Shown: positions 1 through 15,500 of the stretch, in pieces | How positions within the stretch are numbered: the stretch's first letter is position 1 | How the letters are laid out: each line of letters begins with the position of its first letter | Source of the DNA: the human T2T-CHM13v2.0 reference genome, Homo sapiens | NCBI RefSeq assembly: GCF_009914755.1 | Contig: NC_060937.1 | Strand: one strand, 5' to 3' | Length of the DNA stretch: 64,000 nt | Notes under the pieces: generated by a model | What the model was told of the DNA's origin: nothing | The model's input: only the letters and a program-made list of their open reading frames with translations | The model's database searches: none | Position numbers and translations under genes: made by a program

Positions 1-2005
1 TATACATATATATATATAATTTTCTTCATTCATTCATTGATAGGCTTTTAGGTTTATTCTATATTTTGGCTACTTTGAATAGTGCTGCAGTAAACATGAT
101 AGTGCAGATATCTCTTCAATATGTTGATTTCCTTTCTTTTGGCTATCTACCCAATAATGGAATTGCTGAATTATATAGTAGTTCTATTTTTAAATTTTTA
201 AGGGACCTCCATACTGTTTCCTAGAGCGGCTGTACTAATTTACATTCCCATCAACAGTGTAGGAGGGTTCCTTCCCCTTTCTCCACATCCGCAGCAGAAT
301 CAACTGGTCCCTCTCTTTTTTATAAAAGCCACTTTAACTGGGATGAGATGATACCACGTTGTAGTTTTAATTTGCATTTCTCTGAAGATTAGTGATGTAC
401 ATTTTTTCATATACCTATTGGACATTTGTATGTCTTTTTCTGAAAAATGGTCAGATCTTTAGTCCATTATTAAGTCAGATTATTAGATTTTTCCTGTTTG
501 AGCTCCTTATATAGTCTAGTTATTAATCTCTTGTCAGCTGGATAGTTTGCAAATACTTTATCCCATTCTGTGGGTTGTCTCTTCACTTTGTTCTCTTTCC
601 TTTGCTGTACAGAAGCTTTTTAGCTTGGTGTACTCCCATTTATCTAAGTATGCTTATGTCACCTGTGCTTTTGAGGTCTTATACAAAAAATGTTTGCCCC
701 AACCGATGTTACAGATAATTTCCCGAATGTTTTCTTCTAGTAATCTCATAATTTCATGTCTTAGATTTAAGTCTTTAATCTATTTTTATTTGATTTTGTA
801 TATGGTGAGAGATAGGTTTCTGGTTTCATTCTTCCTCATATGAATATTCAGTTTTCCCAGCACGATTTATTGAAGAGACTGTTCTTTCCCATTGTTCTTG
901 GTGCCTTTGTTGAAAATGAATTAGCTGTAAATGTATGGATTTATAGCTGGGTTCTCTGTTCTGTTCCATTGGTCTAGATGCCTGTTTATATGCCAGTACC
1001 ATGTTGATTTGGTTATTATAGCTTTGTAATATATTTTGAAGTCAGGAAGTGTGATGCCTACAGCTTTGTTCCTTTTCCTCAGGATTGCTTTGGCTATTCC
1101 TGGGTTACTTGGGGTATTTTGTGGTTCCATATAAATTTTAGGATTTTTTTTCTATTTCTGTGAATAATGTCCTTGGTAATTTGATTGGGATTGCATTGAA
1201 TCTGTAAATTGTTTTGAGTAATATTGATATACAAATTTAGCAGTATTAATTCTTCTAATCCCTGATCATGGAATAGCTTTCCAAATTTTGTGTCCTCTTC
1301 AATTCCTTTTACCAAAGTTTTATAGTTTTCCTTGTAGAGATCTTTCACTTCTTTGGTTAATTCCTAGGTATTTTACATTCTTTGTCATTATTGTAATTGG
1401 AATTATTTTCCTGATTTCTTTTTCATATTGTTTGCTCTTGGTGTATATAAATGTCACTGATTTTTTGTATGTTGATTTTGCATCCTGCAACTTTACTGAA
1501 TTCATTTATCGGTTCTACCCACTTTTTGGCTAAGTCATTAGGATTTTTAAAATATAAATCTTGTAATCTGTGAACAAGGCTAATTTGACTTCTTCCTTTT
1601 CAATTTGGATGCCCTTTCTTTCTTTTCTTTTCTTTTTTTCTTTTTTTTTTTTTGCCTAATTGCTCTGTCCAGGACTTCTAGTACTATGCTGAATAAAAGT
1701 GGTAAAAGTGGGCATCTTTTTCTTGTTCTAGATCTTAGAGAAAAGGCTTTTAATTTTTTTCCCATTCAATATAATGTTTGCTGTGGGCTGATAAGAGATA
1801 TATTGAGATATCTTCCCTTCTATAACCAGTTTTTTAGGATGTTGATCATAAAGGGATATTGAATTTTATGAAATGTTTTTTAGAATCTATTGAAATAATA
1901 TGGTTTTAGATATAGATATAGTCTATTCTGGAGAATGTTCCATGTGCTGATGAAAAGAATGTGTATTCTATGACATTTGACTGAAATGCTCTGTAAATGT
2001 CAATT
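1..2005 (-). mobile_element. Old L1 (L1M/L1PB-type) ORF2 3' region, degraded
   Basis: Minus-strand ORF fragments such as [20 protein letters not shown] and [15 protein letters not shown] resemble L1 ORF2p; many frameshifts. Confidence 0.85.
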
Positions 2006-2103
2006 TTGATTACAGGTCTCAGGGCTGAACTGCAACATGTAGGCATCTGTGCTTGCAAACTGACTAAATTCTGCTTTACTTCATCTCTCTCATGGTAAAT
2101 GCA

Positions 2104-2468
2104 GTGTCTTTGTCCATTTGAGCTGTGATAGCAAAATACAATAAACTGGGTAGCTTATCAACAGCAAAACATTATTTCTCACAGTTTTGAAAGCTGCGAA
2201 GTCTAAGATCAAGGTGCCGGCAGATTTGGTTTCTGCTGCCGTCCTACTTTCTGGTTCAGAGATGGAACCTTCTTGCTGTGCCTTCAAATGGTAGAAAAAC
2301 AAAGAAGCCCTCTGCGGCCTCTTTTATGAGGGCACCATCTCATTCATGAGGGCTCCACCTTCATGATCTAATTACCTCCCAAAGGCCCCACCTCTGAATA
2401 TCATCACACTGGAGAATAGGTTTTCAACATATGAACTTTGGAAGGATACAAACATTTGAGCCATAGCG
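2104..2468 (-). mobile_element. MaLR solo LTR (MLT1A-like)
   Basis: The reverse complement starts GCTATGG...ATGTTTGTATCC...TTCATATGTTGAAAA, matching the recalled MLT1A start; ~365 bp. Confidence 0.7.
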
Positions 2469-2894
2469 TTCAGTAAGAAACAGTTAAAATATACGAATAT
2501 TCTAGGTTTTCCCAATCTCTTTTTCTAGCATGGGCCTCGTAGGTAACTAAGGCAAGTGAGACCTTTGTCAAATATTTTGCCATGGCATAAGAAGAGTCAA
2601 GAAACTTTTAGTTTCAACATTTATTTCTTCATTCCTATTACAAAAACAATTAACTAATAGCATGTGTTTTAGGCTCCTGTTTGATAGCACCTGATTCCTA
2701 GTACCAATCTCTATATAAATTAGGGCAGAGCTAAGTGACGTAGCAAAAACCTCTAAAATACAGTGGCTCAAACAAGATAGAATTTTTAAAAAATATATAT
2801 TTCTCACTTGAAAACAAAAGTAGGCTCTGCCCAGGAAAGTGTCCCAAGCATATGTTGCACTGCCGTCCGCTAGTATCTCATGATCAAAGCCGAA

Positions 2895-3203
2895 GGCCGA
2901 GTGCGGTGGCACACGCCTGTAATCCCAGCACTTTGGGAGGCTAAGGCGGGAAGGCTGCTTGAAGCCAGGAGTTGAAGACCAGCCTGGACAACACAGCAAA
3001 ACCTCATCTCTACAAAAAATACAAAAATTAGTGGGGCATGGTGGTACATGCCTGTAGTCCCAGCTACTTAGCAGGCTGAGGTGGGAGGATCACTTGAACT
3101 CAAGAGTCAGAGGTTGTGGTGAGACAAGATCGCACCACTGCACTGTAGCCTGGGCAACAGAGTGAGACCCTGTCTCAAAAAAGGAAACAAAACAAAACAA
3201 AAT
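2895..3203 (+). mobile_element. Alu (AluJ-like)
   Basis: GGCCGAGTGCGGTGGC start, dimeric structure, A-rich tail, AluJ-type substitutions. Confidence 0.9.
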
Positions 3204-4176
3204 AACCCTGGCTCACCAGCTCTATAATTGCCCCAATGAGAAGAGAAAAAGAATGGATGTGATGAAGAAGCTACTCTATTCCTTTCACTCATATCCAATT
3301 GGCCATTTATATCCCATTTCACACCTAACTCCAAGGGAGGTTGTGAAATGTAGCTTCTAGCTACATGCCTGCTAAAATGAGGGCCTTATAACTAAAGAAA
3401 GACTACGGGAGCTGGTAAAAGTCTCAGCTATAGATTCCTGTGAGCCAGGGCCTCTGACCTGGCCCCTGTGATAGCTCATCAGCCAGTGGTAGCCCATAGC
3501 CTCCTGCGAAACATCTCTTTGCATACAAAGGTACTGTGATTCGATCTCCCCAACGATTTTTAATAATATCTTTTCCTGTTGAACAAAGGATTTAAGATCT
3601 GTGTGGTGATTTTAGTATGATTCTGGCCTGATGTCCTCAATTTACAGGATCTGAAGATGAAGAGAGTTGGGGACGTGACTCTCCCAGGTAAACAGCCACA
3701 TTTAGCAGACAGGACATTCCAAGGACTTAGAAGTTATCTCCCAGGGCTCTAGGGCAAGGCCAAACTCTGATTGCTTCCATGAGATAGCCAGTTTGTTAGT
3801 GGCAAAGCTAAGATTGGAACCCAGCATGCTGAAATTTCTTTCACTATATATGGGGTTTTAAAATGAATATGATAATCTAAAAATTATCCCACTAGAATGG
3901 AATACAGTGACACACTTAGCCTTATATGCCATTCTCTTATTTGGATAATGCAGTATTTTATTAATTTTTAGAATTACAGTGACACGCTGCTAACTCCTAC
4001 TTAACTTGTGGTTTTTACTTGTCTGGATCGATTTTATGCCATACATTTGCAAAGTAAGTTCTGTCCTAGCATGCATTTGTATAGATTTCTTCTTTCGTGA
4101 GTTACTTCTTGTACTCTGCATGTGTCACTTTTGAATTAGTTAAATTTGTAGTCCTCTTGGAGCCTGTTTAATATGA

Positions 4177-6085
<1,909 letters not shown>

Positions 6086-6113
<28 letters not shown>

Positions 6114-7336
6114 TGCCGTCTCTTCTTTCTCCTCCTAAGCAGCTGTCTTAGTCTCCTGAATTTTGATGTTCTACTTAACACCCTCATGTTCTTATGCATG
6201 TTGCCCTGCTGGAGGTGTCCTTCTCTTTGGGAAGCCTGACCCACCAACAGTGCCTCAGGAGATAGACATGGAAGCTTAGCTGGTGGGGGCCCCTCGTCTC
6301 TATCCCACCTCAGTTGCAGGGGAGGGGTCGGTTGCAGCTGCAGTGGTGGCCCCGACAGTTTTCTTTTGTGGGACCTGTGGCCGGCAGCTTTGGGTGGAGA
6401 AGACCTACTTGATCCAAGAGCTGCAGGATCCTTGGGCTGCATGTCCTCCCCCACCATCAGCAAGCCTGGAGAGCTGGGCAGGTAGTCTTTACCCAGCACC
6501 TTCAAGGCCGCCTTCTCTGGCCACAGGGAGCAGCCCGGAACTGGGGCAGGGAGCACTGTTGGAAGTGGGTCAGGCCTCCCAAAGGGAAGGATGCCTCCAG
6601 CAGGGCTGTGTGAACTGGCGACTCCATGGCCCTTGGAGTAGAAACTCACTGCATGCACCTGGGCCTTGTCAGTCTGGTTCTTTTCTGTCAAGCTCTTGAG
6701 GTGGACATTTCCCTCCAAGGGCCTGGGATTGTACCAGGAGGAAGTGAGGTTTCCCTGAGTCTCCAGGGGCCTAGAGGTGGAGGCTGCTTCCCCATTGCTA
6801 CAGGGGCCCCTTTTATTGTCCTCCTGCTCCTGGGTCTCTACCTGGTCTTTCACCTCCGTTGCTTCTTTGGGCTCTTCTGCCCTCACCTCCGTCTTCGGGA
6901 GCCTGGCTGGGATCACCTGCTCATCTAATGAAGGAAGTTGAAGGTTAAACTTGCCTCTGAGATGAGGGATCCTCATGGGGCTGAGGTGTCCAAACATCAT
7001 GGAGTTGCGAGCAGACAGCACGGGTTTCTTCCTTGAGGGGGTGCTCCAGACCACAGGAGGCAGGACCCTCTGTGGGGTGCCCGTGTTCCGAGGGATAAGA
7101 CACAGCCTCATAGGGTCGCTGTCCCACCTGACTGGAAAAGAAGGCCCAAGATGTCGCTGACGGTTGAAGAGGAGTGGGAAACGGCCCCAGATTCCCGGCG
7201 CAGGCACACGTGCAGGAGCCGTGGGGGCAGCCCGGCCAGCTGGGAAGGCCTCACGGACAAGACGAGCAAGTTGCTGATGGCATGGCCAGAACCTGCAGTG
7301 GGACCAGGAACAAAATACACTTAGTGAGTTGCCCAT
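6086..7336 (-). CDS. Intact intronless NPAP1/POM121-related ORF (UPF0607 family), 416 aa from ATG at 7336; retrogene or pseudogene
   Basis: No stops over 1251 nt. MGNSLS start, RKKPVLSARNS..FGH, GEAASTSR, KRKLS and WDRDEGPPPAKLPCLS resemble the recalled NPAP1 N-terminal half. Last codons (GRCGGSRL*) come from the Alu 5' end. Confidence 0.75.
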
Positions 7337-8731
7337 TTTGAGCGAGTTGTGCACAGACGAAACTAAGGGTCAGAAGTGGAGAGGATACTCCTAAGTCACC
7401 CACTTCTCTGTGGCCGGGTGCACACTGGGCATCTGGGAGTTTATGACATCACCATGGGGCTGGTGACAGAGCCAGGGTGTGGAGGAGTGCTTAGGAGCCC
7501 AGTGAGGGTGCCTACAAGAGGAGTCAAAGGGCAAAGGGTGAGACCCTTCCACCGGTCCAGCTGGACTCTAGCCTCAGGGACGTCCTGCTCCTGGGGGCAG
7601 GTGTGTGGCCCTGGATGGGCCCCCCTGTGGGGCTGTTGGGGGTGCGGGGCTGATCTGCCAGAGCCCTTCTGCCTGGCGCCTGGCCCAGGTGCTGGCTGGC
7701 ACCCAGTGGCCCTGTCTTGGCCAGCCCTGTCCCCCGGGTTACAGGGCCAGAACCTGGAAGCAGAGCGCAGGACCAGCCAGATCCCGCCAGGCTCCCCCGG
7801 GGCCTCTCCAGTGCCTCTGTGCCACCTGGAGCCAGGCCCGCCTTCTCCATGGCTGCCGTGGCCTCAAGGGCCACCAGCCTCGCTCCGCAGGTTTCCAAAG
7901 AGAGGACGCGGTGCCCTGACCTGACTGGGTGCGCCTCTTACCACATGCCTCCCTGGCAGGCAAGGTCTCCACTTTTTACAAATTTGCCTGAGACCATTCC
8001 TCAGGTCATTCAGGTGGTCATGGCCCAGCCAGGCTTTGAACCCGGGCTGTGCAATTCCACAGCTGGCGCTCTGGCCTGTGTGCCTCATGATCATGGATAC
8101 AGCATCTATTCTTATTTTTTCCTGTAGTCCTGGGGGTACTTAGCACCGTGGCATATCTGTAATAAGCACATGCACACCTTGAAGGAGGTCTTCACTTCAA
8201 CATACAAGTTGACCATGGCATGCTCTGGGCTCCAGTCCTCTACAAAGATGTAGGGCAGGAACTACCAGTTGTCAGCACAGCACCATCCCACATTGCTCTT
8301 CTAATGGAGCCTTTCACCCCAGATGTTCTTTCTCGTCTGATGGGAAGGATCCAAGTATGTAAAGATTATGTTCTAGATCAGCTTTGGTCTGTCCTAAAAG
8401 AAATTTGCCAGTGGATTATTCCATATGGATAAAAGTCAGTTTCTCTGGTCTTCCTGGAATGTGTCTAGAAAGCAAACACATTATTTACAAGTTCATAGTA
8501 GATCAATGTATTGGATTAAAATATGACAAACATAATTTGGTCATTGTGAGCATGCCAGCTCAGTCAACTATTCACCACACATGATGCCCTAAATATAACT
8601 CTAGGTTTTCTTATGCCCAAGAGAGGGACATACTCTTGGGTGTCTGGACTAGGGAAACATGTATGAAAAACCATTTGGCCACTCTACATCTTGTTATTGG
8701 AGAATCGAAACCATCTATATTCAAAGATATT

Positions 8732-8785
8732 ATTAAAAGGCAAGAAGTTAACTTCAAAATAAATAAATAAATAAAAATAAATAAA
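8732..8785 (+). other. PolyA signal (ATTAAA 8732-8737) and decayed polyA tail of the chimeric retrocopy
   Basis: ATTAAA about 19 nt before an (AAAT)n tail at 8756-8785, followed by ACATCAAACCC (8786-8796), identical to 4188-4198. Confidence 0.85.
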
Positions 8786-9099
8786 ACATCAAACCCTGGG
8801 ACTAAATAACAATTTTACTAAAGTTAATATGCATTATACCCATTCTACACATACTTTTAATTTACTATATCACTACTGTAAATAATACATTAAATCATCA
8901 TTTACTCCTTTAGAAGTTATATCATTTTCCATATTTTGCTATTTTGACTATGTATTCTAATATTTTCTCTGGAAGTATAGCTTGTTGGTCTACAATTCTA
9001 GACTTGTTCTCCTCTAAATGTGGCTCCCCTTTTCACTTTTAGGCTTTTCCATAAATACTTTTATCTTACATTTGTGTGTAGAACTATATTCTCAATGCA

Positions 9100-9725
9100 C
9101 TTCTGCAAAGTTTGTGGGTCCCCAAGACCATCCTCATTTCTAACGTCAACTTCCGAGTTCTGGGGTCTCTAAGACCACCTTCAGTTCTGACACAGCTATC
9201 AGTTTGGGAGGTCCCCCAAGAAAACTCAGAGAAGCTGTTATATTCACAGTTTATTATAGGCAAAGGATACAGGTTAACATAAGCCAAGGGAAGAGGAGCA
9301 CAGGGCAGTGTTCAGGAGACGTTAATGTTGAGCTTCAGTTGTTCTCTTCAGTGGGGTTGTGTGGACAGCACCTATTTCTCCCAGCAATGATGTGTGACAA
9401 TATGCACTGCATAGGGGCAACCAGGGAAACTCATCCAAACCTTGGTGTCCAGAGTTTTTACTAGAATTTTGTCTTGTGGACATGGTTGACCACTTGCATG
9501 GCTGACCTTAGTCTCCAGCCTCTCCAGAGGTACTGATACTGTATGATCCAAAGGCCCCACTGTAAATCATATTGTTAGCATAAAATATCTGCCATGGTCC
9601 AAATCTGCCAGGTAAACAAACACGCACTTAGCAAGTAGGACATTCCAAGGCCTTAGAAGTTATCTCCCAGGACTCTAGGCCAAGGCCAAACCTCTCTTTG
9701 AGCAATGTTAATATTCTTCTACACG
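9100..9725 (-). mobile_element. MER21C-like LTR
   Basis: Reverse complement matches recalled MER21C motifs (CTTGGAATGTCCT, AAAACTCTGGACACCAAGG, TTGTCACACATC). Confidence 0.7.
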
Positions 9726-10668
9726 ACTTTCATATCAATAATGTAAGCCTTGTAAATCCAGACATTCTCAGGGTTCAGTCCCATAACACTGCTATAGTCA
9801 AGAAGGGTAGTTTGACTCCTGAAACATAATTAAAAAGAATTCCATCTTTTATAAGATACCTCTCAAAGGATGCTCAAGGGGATTCAAATACATACTCGAC
9901 ATCTTATTAAAATCCCCTTTCCTTTTCTACTTCTCTTATCTTCAACCCCACCACCCTACCCCCACAGGCCCCTGGCCTTCTCTTCTTTTTCTCTTCACAT
10001 TATTTAGTAGATTGGTTTAGGCTTAAATTTAGCACAAAATTATATTTATCCTTTAAGAGGTGAGAGGAGGGGGGGAATTGGGCTCGTCAATGCAGACTTT
10101 CTCTGATGGGTAGGAAAAGGGGGAAAATCAAAGGTACACCCATATTAATAATGTGTTGACATCATTGTAATTCTACTCACTGGGCACCAACTGTGTTTCA
10201 GGCACTTTACATACGTGTGTTTCTGGTTCTAATATCCCACATTTTTAGAGACGTTACAACCTGAGAAAATTTTTAACAATCATTAAGTGAAAGCAGAATT
10301 GTTCAAGAAATGCTAGAGGAATATACTGATGAAGTGCCTAATTCCATGATATTTTAACATGGTAAAGGAAATATATACCACACAGGAAGAAAAATGAAAA
10401 TGTATAAAGATCAAAATATTTAGCCTTAAAAATTCTTTTTTTCTTTATTTGTTATTTTTTTATTCTCATGGTTTTCTTCAATACTGCATGGTTAATGTAG
10501 GAGAAAAAAGGGAAAAATCTAAAGGTTCTACTAAATTTTAACAAACATAAAATTCTTAAATGGAGGCATATGGATATATATATATATATATATCTTTTTC
10601 ATAAGGTATTGAGACTTCTGTCAATTCTAATATATGTGGAGATGCTTGAATTCATTATAAACGTTTCT

Positions 10669-10964
10669 CTTTTTTTTAAGACAGGTTCTCATTCTGTCAC
10701 CCAGGCTGGAATGCAGTAGCTTCATCTTGGCTCACTGCAGTCCTGACCTCCAGGGCTCAAGGGATCCTCCCGCTTCATCCCCCAAGCAGCTGGGACTACA
10801 GGTGTGCACCACCATGCTTGGTTAATTTTTGTATTTTTTTTTTTTAAGAGATGGGGTTTTCCCCATGTTGATCAGGCTGATCTTGGATTCCTGAGCTCAA
10901 GCAATCTGCCTGCCTTAGCCTCCCAAAGTGCCGGGATTACAGGTGTGAGCCACCATGCCAGGCC
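10669..10964 (-). mobile_element. Alu (AluJ-like)
   Basis: T-run then antisense Alu ending CATGCCAGGCC. Confidence 0.9.
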
Positions 10965-12589
10965 ACTATGAACTTTTAACACATTTTGTTTAGTAGAGAA
11001 AAATGAGACAGAAAGAAACTTATTCAATGATCTTTATGCCTTAACAGGTCACCAATTGACTTTCTAAGCTGTTCATATAGATGCTTCAAGTGAATTAAAC
11101 CCAAATTTGAAATGCACTTTATAATTTATTCTCTGGCTAAAGAAAACAACAAACCTTCATTTCCCACCTCCATCACCCTCCACTCTCCTATCCCTATCCT
11201 ACTGTCACTTAGCTGCAATCTCAGGAGACTGATGCAATGGCAGTTAATATATATGTTTACCATAGTATACTTACTATCTGTATGTTTTTAGAACAGGGCA
11301 CAAATATCACCAATATATCTCTTAAATTAGCTTTATTTCCTTAATCTCCTCAAATATCCAGGTAGTGCTCACATTTCACAATTCATTCATGCTATAAATG
11401 TTTTCTCCTTATTTAAGCTTATTTGAATTATGATTTAATCACTACACATTGTTGATATGTCCTCTCTTTTAGTATATAGGTTCCTCCTCTGTCTCTTTTT
11501 TTTTCCTCTTGCAATTCTGTTGTTGTTGCAGAAGAAGGAGGATGAGAGGAGGAGAGGAGAAGGAGGAAGAGAAGGAGGAGGAGCAGAAGGAAGTTGGATC
11601 ACTTGTCTTACAGAGCTTTTGCTGATGGTATTTTTTGTTTTGTTTTACACATGTTTCTCAGTCCCTGTATTTCCATGTCTTGAGATGTGATCAAATTCAG
11701 GTTTTGTGTTGGTGGTGGTGGTGTGTGTGTGAAGACTACTTAATCAGTGATATTGGGTACTTTCATTGGAGGTGCATAATATCTACCGTCATTTTGTGAG
11801 ATTAGCAATTCATTAGACATTGCTAAATGTGCTGTTTTCATTTTATTTTTCCCTTTTCATTTATTAGCCAAAATACATCTATGAAAATATACTTTCTTTC
11901 AAAATAATTAGGTTATCTTAAATTTTTATAGAAAAGGTAGAATAAGAGCTTTATCCTTCATCAGTTTTCAAAGTCGTAAGTCAAAACTTTAGTATTCTCC
12001 AAAGGTGATTTATGTATTTAAGTATCATTTTGAACTATGGACTTAAATATATTTTGTGTTTCTATCCATGACAGCTATTGTTCTTATTGATATTGAAATG
12101 GCCCCATCTCTGGACAGTTGGGAGCTTATTCAAGCTGGCTCCTCTGTCCTTTTGACATAGTTCTACTAGTTTTTGATAATAATTTTCAGGCTCATCTAGT
12201 AAATTTTCTACCTTAGATCTCTAATAAGCGTCTTTTTTTTTTTCAAGAACACTGTTCTTTTAGTGGAATAGTTAAAGGACCACAATCTAACCACCACGGT
12301 TACTCACTACAATTGGGTTGATCAATATCTCTAGGCCGTTTCAGTGGATAATACTAAAAATAATTTTTTTATTAAAAAAGATAAATGACCTTACACTGAT
12401 ATTCCAATTCAGTTTATTTCAGGACTCTAAGGTCAAACTCATTGATCTTAGTGGATATCTGTTTTTTTCCATGCTATTAATACCAGTTGTCAATGACACA
12501 AACATAATGCTCATTTGCTTTATTCCACAGTGCACACATCAGCACATCAAAGCAACCACACCAACCCCACTATCACCAATATATTTCTG

Positions 12590-15500
12590 TACAAGTCAAA
12601 ACCACAATGAGATACCATTCATACCAGTTGGAATAGCTATTATTAAAAAGTCAAAAAATAACAGATACCGGTAAGGTTGTGGAGAAAAAGGAATGCTTAT
12701 ACACTGTTGGTGGGAGTATAAATTAATTCAACCATTGTGGAAGACAATGTGCTGATTCCTCGAAGACCTAAAGACACAAATACTGTTCTACCCAGCAATC
12801 CCACTACTGGGTATATATCCCCCAAAATAGAAATTGTTCTATTATAAAGACATGCAAAAATTCAGTAGGGCATCATGGCAGTGGGAAGCAGGACTAGATT
12901 GCAGCTCCGACTCAGATGGACAGAGCAGCATGTGAAGGCTCGCATTGTGAATTTTAGCTCCAGAATGACCGCAAAAACAAACCAGGAACCCCAAAGGAGC
13001 CACAGACACTCTGAAGGAAGCAGATTGCTCCTGCAGGACCCAGGAGACACCTCAAATACTGTGAGTGCCCAAACTGCGGAAGTGGGAAAGGGAAATCCTC
13101 TGCTCCAAACACACACCCCCAACTGGGGAAACTGATGGTCTAGTTTGCAGGTGAAGCTTTTGACCTTACCTGGAGCTGAGTCAAGTTAGAGAGTCGAGTG
13201 AAATACAGGGGTAGGGGAAGCAGCGGGAAAGGCCCTGGGAGCTTGTTGCAGCTGCAGCAAGACCCACCCAACAAAGGTCTGAGATCAGACAGCCTAGTTC
13301 TGCCCCCACCTGATGGTCCCGCTCTATCCACCCTGATAGCTGAAGACAAAGGGCATACAATCTTGAGGGTTCTGGGGCCCCACCCATGGCCGGCTCCTCT
13401 CCATACTACCACAGCTGATGTTCTCTGGAAAGTGCCACCTCCCCACAGGAGACCAACCAGCACAAAAATAGAACGTTAAACCACCAAAGCTAAGAACCCT
13501 CACAGAGTCCATTTCACCCCCACCACCTCCACCGGAACAGGTGTTGGTATCCATGGCTGTGAGACCCACAGGTGGTTCACATCACAGGACTCTGTGCAGA
13601 CAACCCCCAGTACCAGCCCAGAGCCAGGTAGACTTGCTGGATGGCTAGACCCAGAAGAGAGACAACAATCACTGCAGCTTGGCTCACAGGAAGCCACATC
13701 CACAGGAAAAGGGGGAGAGTACTACATCAAGGGAACACCCTGCAGGACAAAAGAATCTGAACAACATCCTTCAGCCCTAGACTTTCCCTCGGACAGAGCC
13801 TACCCAAATGAGAAGGAACCAGAAAACCAACTCTGGTAATATGACAAAACAAGGCTCTTTAACACCCCCCAAAAATCACACTAGCTCACCAGCAATGGAT
13901 CCAAACCAAGAAGAAATCCCTGATTTACCTGAAAAATAATTCAGAAGGTTAGTAATTAAGCTAATCAGAGAGGCACCAAAGAAAGGTGAAGCCTAATTAA
14001 AGGAAATCCAAAAAAATGATGCAAGAAGTGAAGGGAGAAATATTCAAGGAAATAAGATAGCATAAAGAAAAAACTGTCAAAACCTCAGGAAACGTTGGAC
14101 ACACTTGCAGAAATGTGAAATGTGCTGGAACGTCTCAGCAATAGAATTGAACAAGTAGAAGAGGATTCAGAGCTTGAAGATAAGGTCTTCAAATTAACCC
14201 AATCCAACAAAGACAAGGAAAAGGAAGAAGAAAATATGAACAAAGCCTACAAGGAGTCTGGGATTATGTTAAACGACCAAACCTAAGAATAATCAGTGTT
14301 CCCGAGGAGGAAGAGAATCCTAAAAGCTTGGAAAACATATTTGAAGGAATAACTGAGGAAAAATTTCCTGGCCTTGCTAGAGAGCTAGATATCCAAATAC
14401 AAGAAGTACAAAGAACACTTGGAAAATTCATCACAAAAAGATTGTGGTCCAGGCACATTATCATCAGGTTATCTAAAGTTAAGAAGAAGGAAAGAATCTT
14501 AAGAGATGTGAGACAAAAGCACCAGGTAACCTATAAAGGAAAACCTACCAGCTTAACAGCAGATTTCTCAGCAGAAACCCTGCAAGCTAGAAGAGATTGA
14601 GGCCCTATCTTCAGCCTCCTCAAATACAACAATTATCAGCCAAGAATTTTGTATCTAGAGAAACTAAGCATCATATATGAAGGAAAGATACCGTTTTTTT
14701 CAGACAAACAAATGCTGAGAGAATTCGCCACTACTAAGCCACTACTACCAGAACTGCTAAAAGGAACTCTAAATCTTGAAGTAAATCCTGGAAACACATC
14801 AAAATGGAACCTCCTTAAAGCATAAATCACACAGGACCTATAAAACACAAATACAAGTTAAAAAGCAAAAATGAAAAAACCAAAGTACACAGGCAGCAAA
14901 AAGCATGATGAATGCAATGGTACCTCACATCTCAATACTAGCATTGAATGTAAATGGCCTAAATGCTCCACTTAAAAGATACAGAACCACAGAATGGATA
15001 AAAACTCACCAAAGAACTATCTGCTGCCTTCAGGAGACTCACCTAACACATAAGGACTCATATAAACTTAAAATAAAGGGGTGGAAAAAGGCATTTCATG
15101 CAAATGGACACCAAAAGCAAGCAGGAGTACCTGTTCTTATATCAGAAAAAACAAACTTTAAAACAACAGCAGTTAAAAGAGACAAAGGACATTGTATAAT
15201 AGTAAAAGGCCTTGTTCAGCAGGAAAATATATCCTAAACATATATGCACCTAACACTGGAGCTCCAAGTTTATAAAACAATTACTAATAGCCCTAAGAAA
15301 TGAGATAGACAGCAACACCATAATAGTGGAGGACTTCAATACTCCACTGACAGCACTAGACAGTTCATCAAGACAGTCAACAAAGAAACAATAGATTTAA
15401 ACTATACCTTGGAACAAAAGGACTTAACAGATATATACAGAACATTTAATCCAACAACCACAGAATACACATTCTATTCAACAGCACATGGAACTCTCTC

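Noticed and set aside
7376-8584. Overlapping short ORFs upstream of the NPAP1-like ORF
   Set aside because: GC-rich chance frames, several with non-ATG starts, and no recognisable homology.
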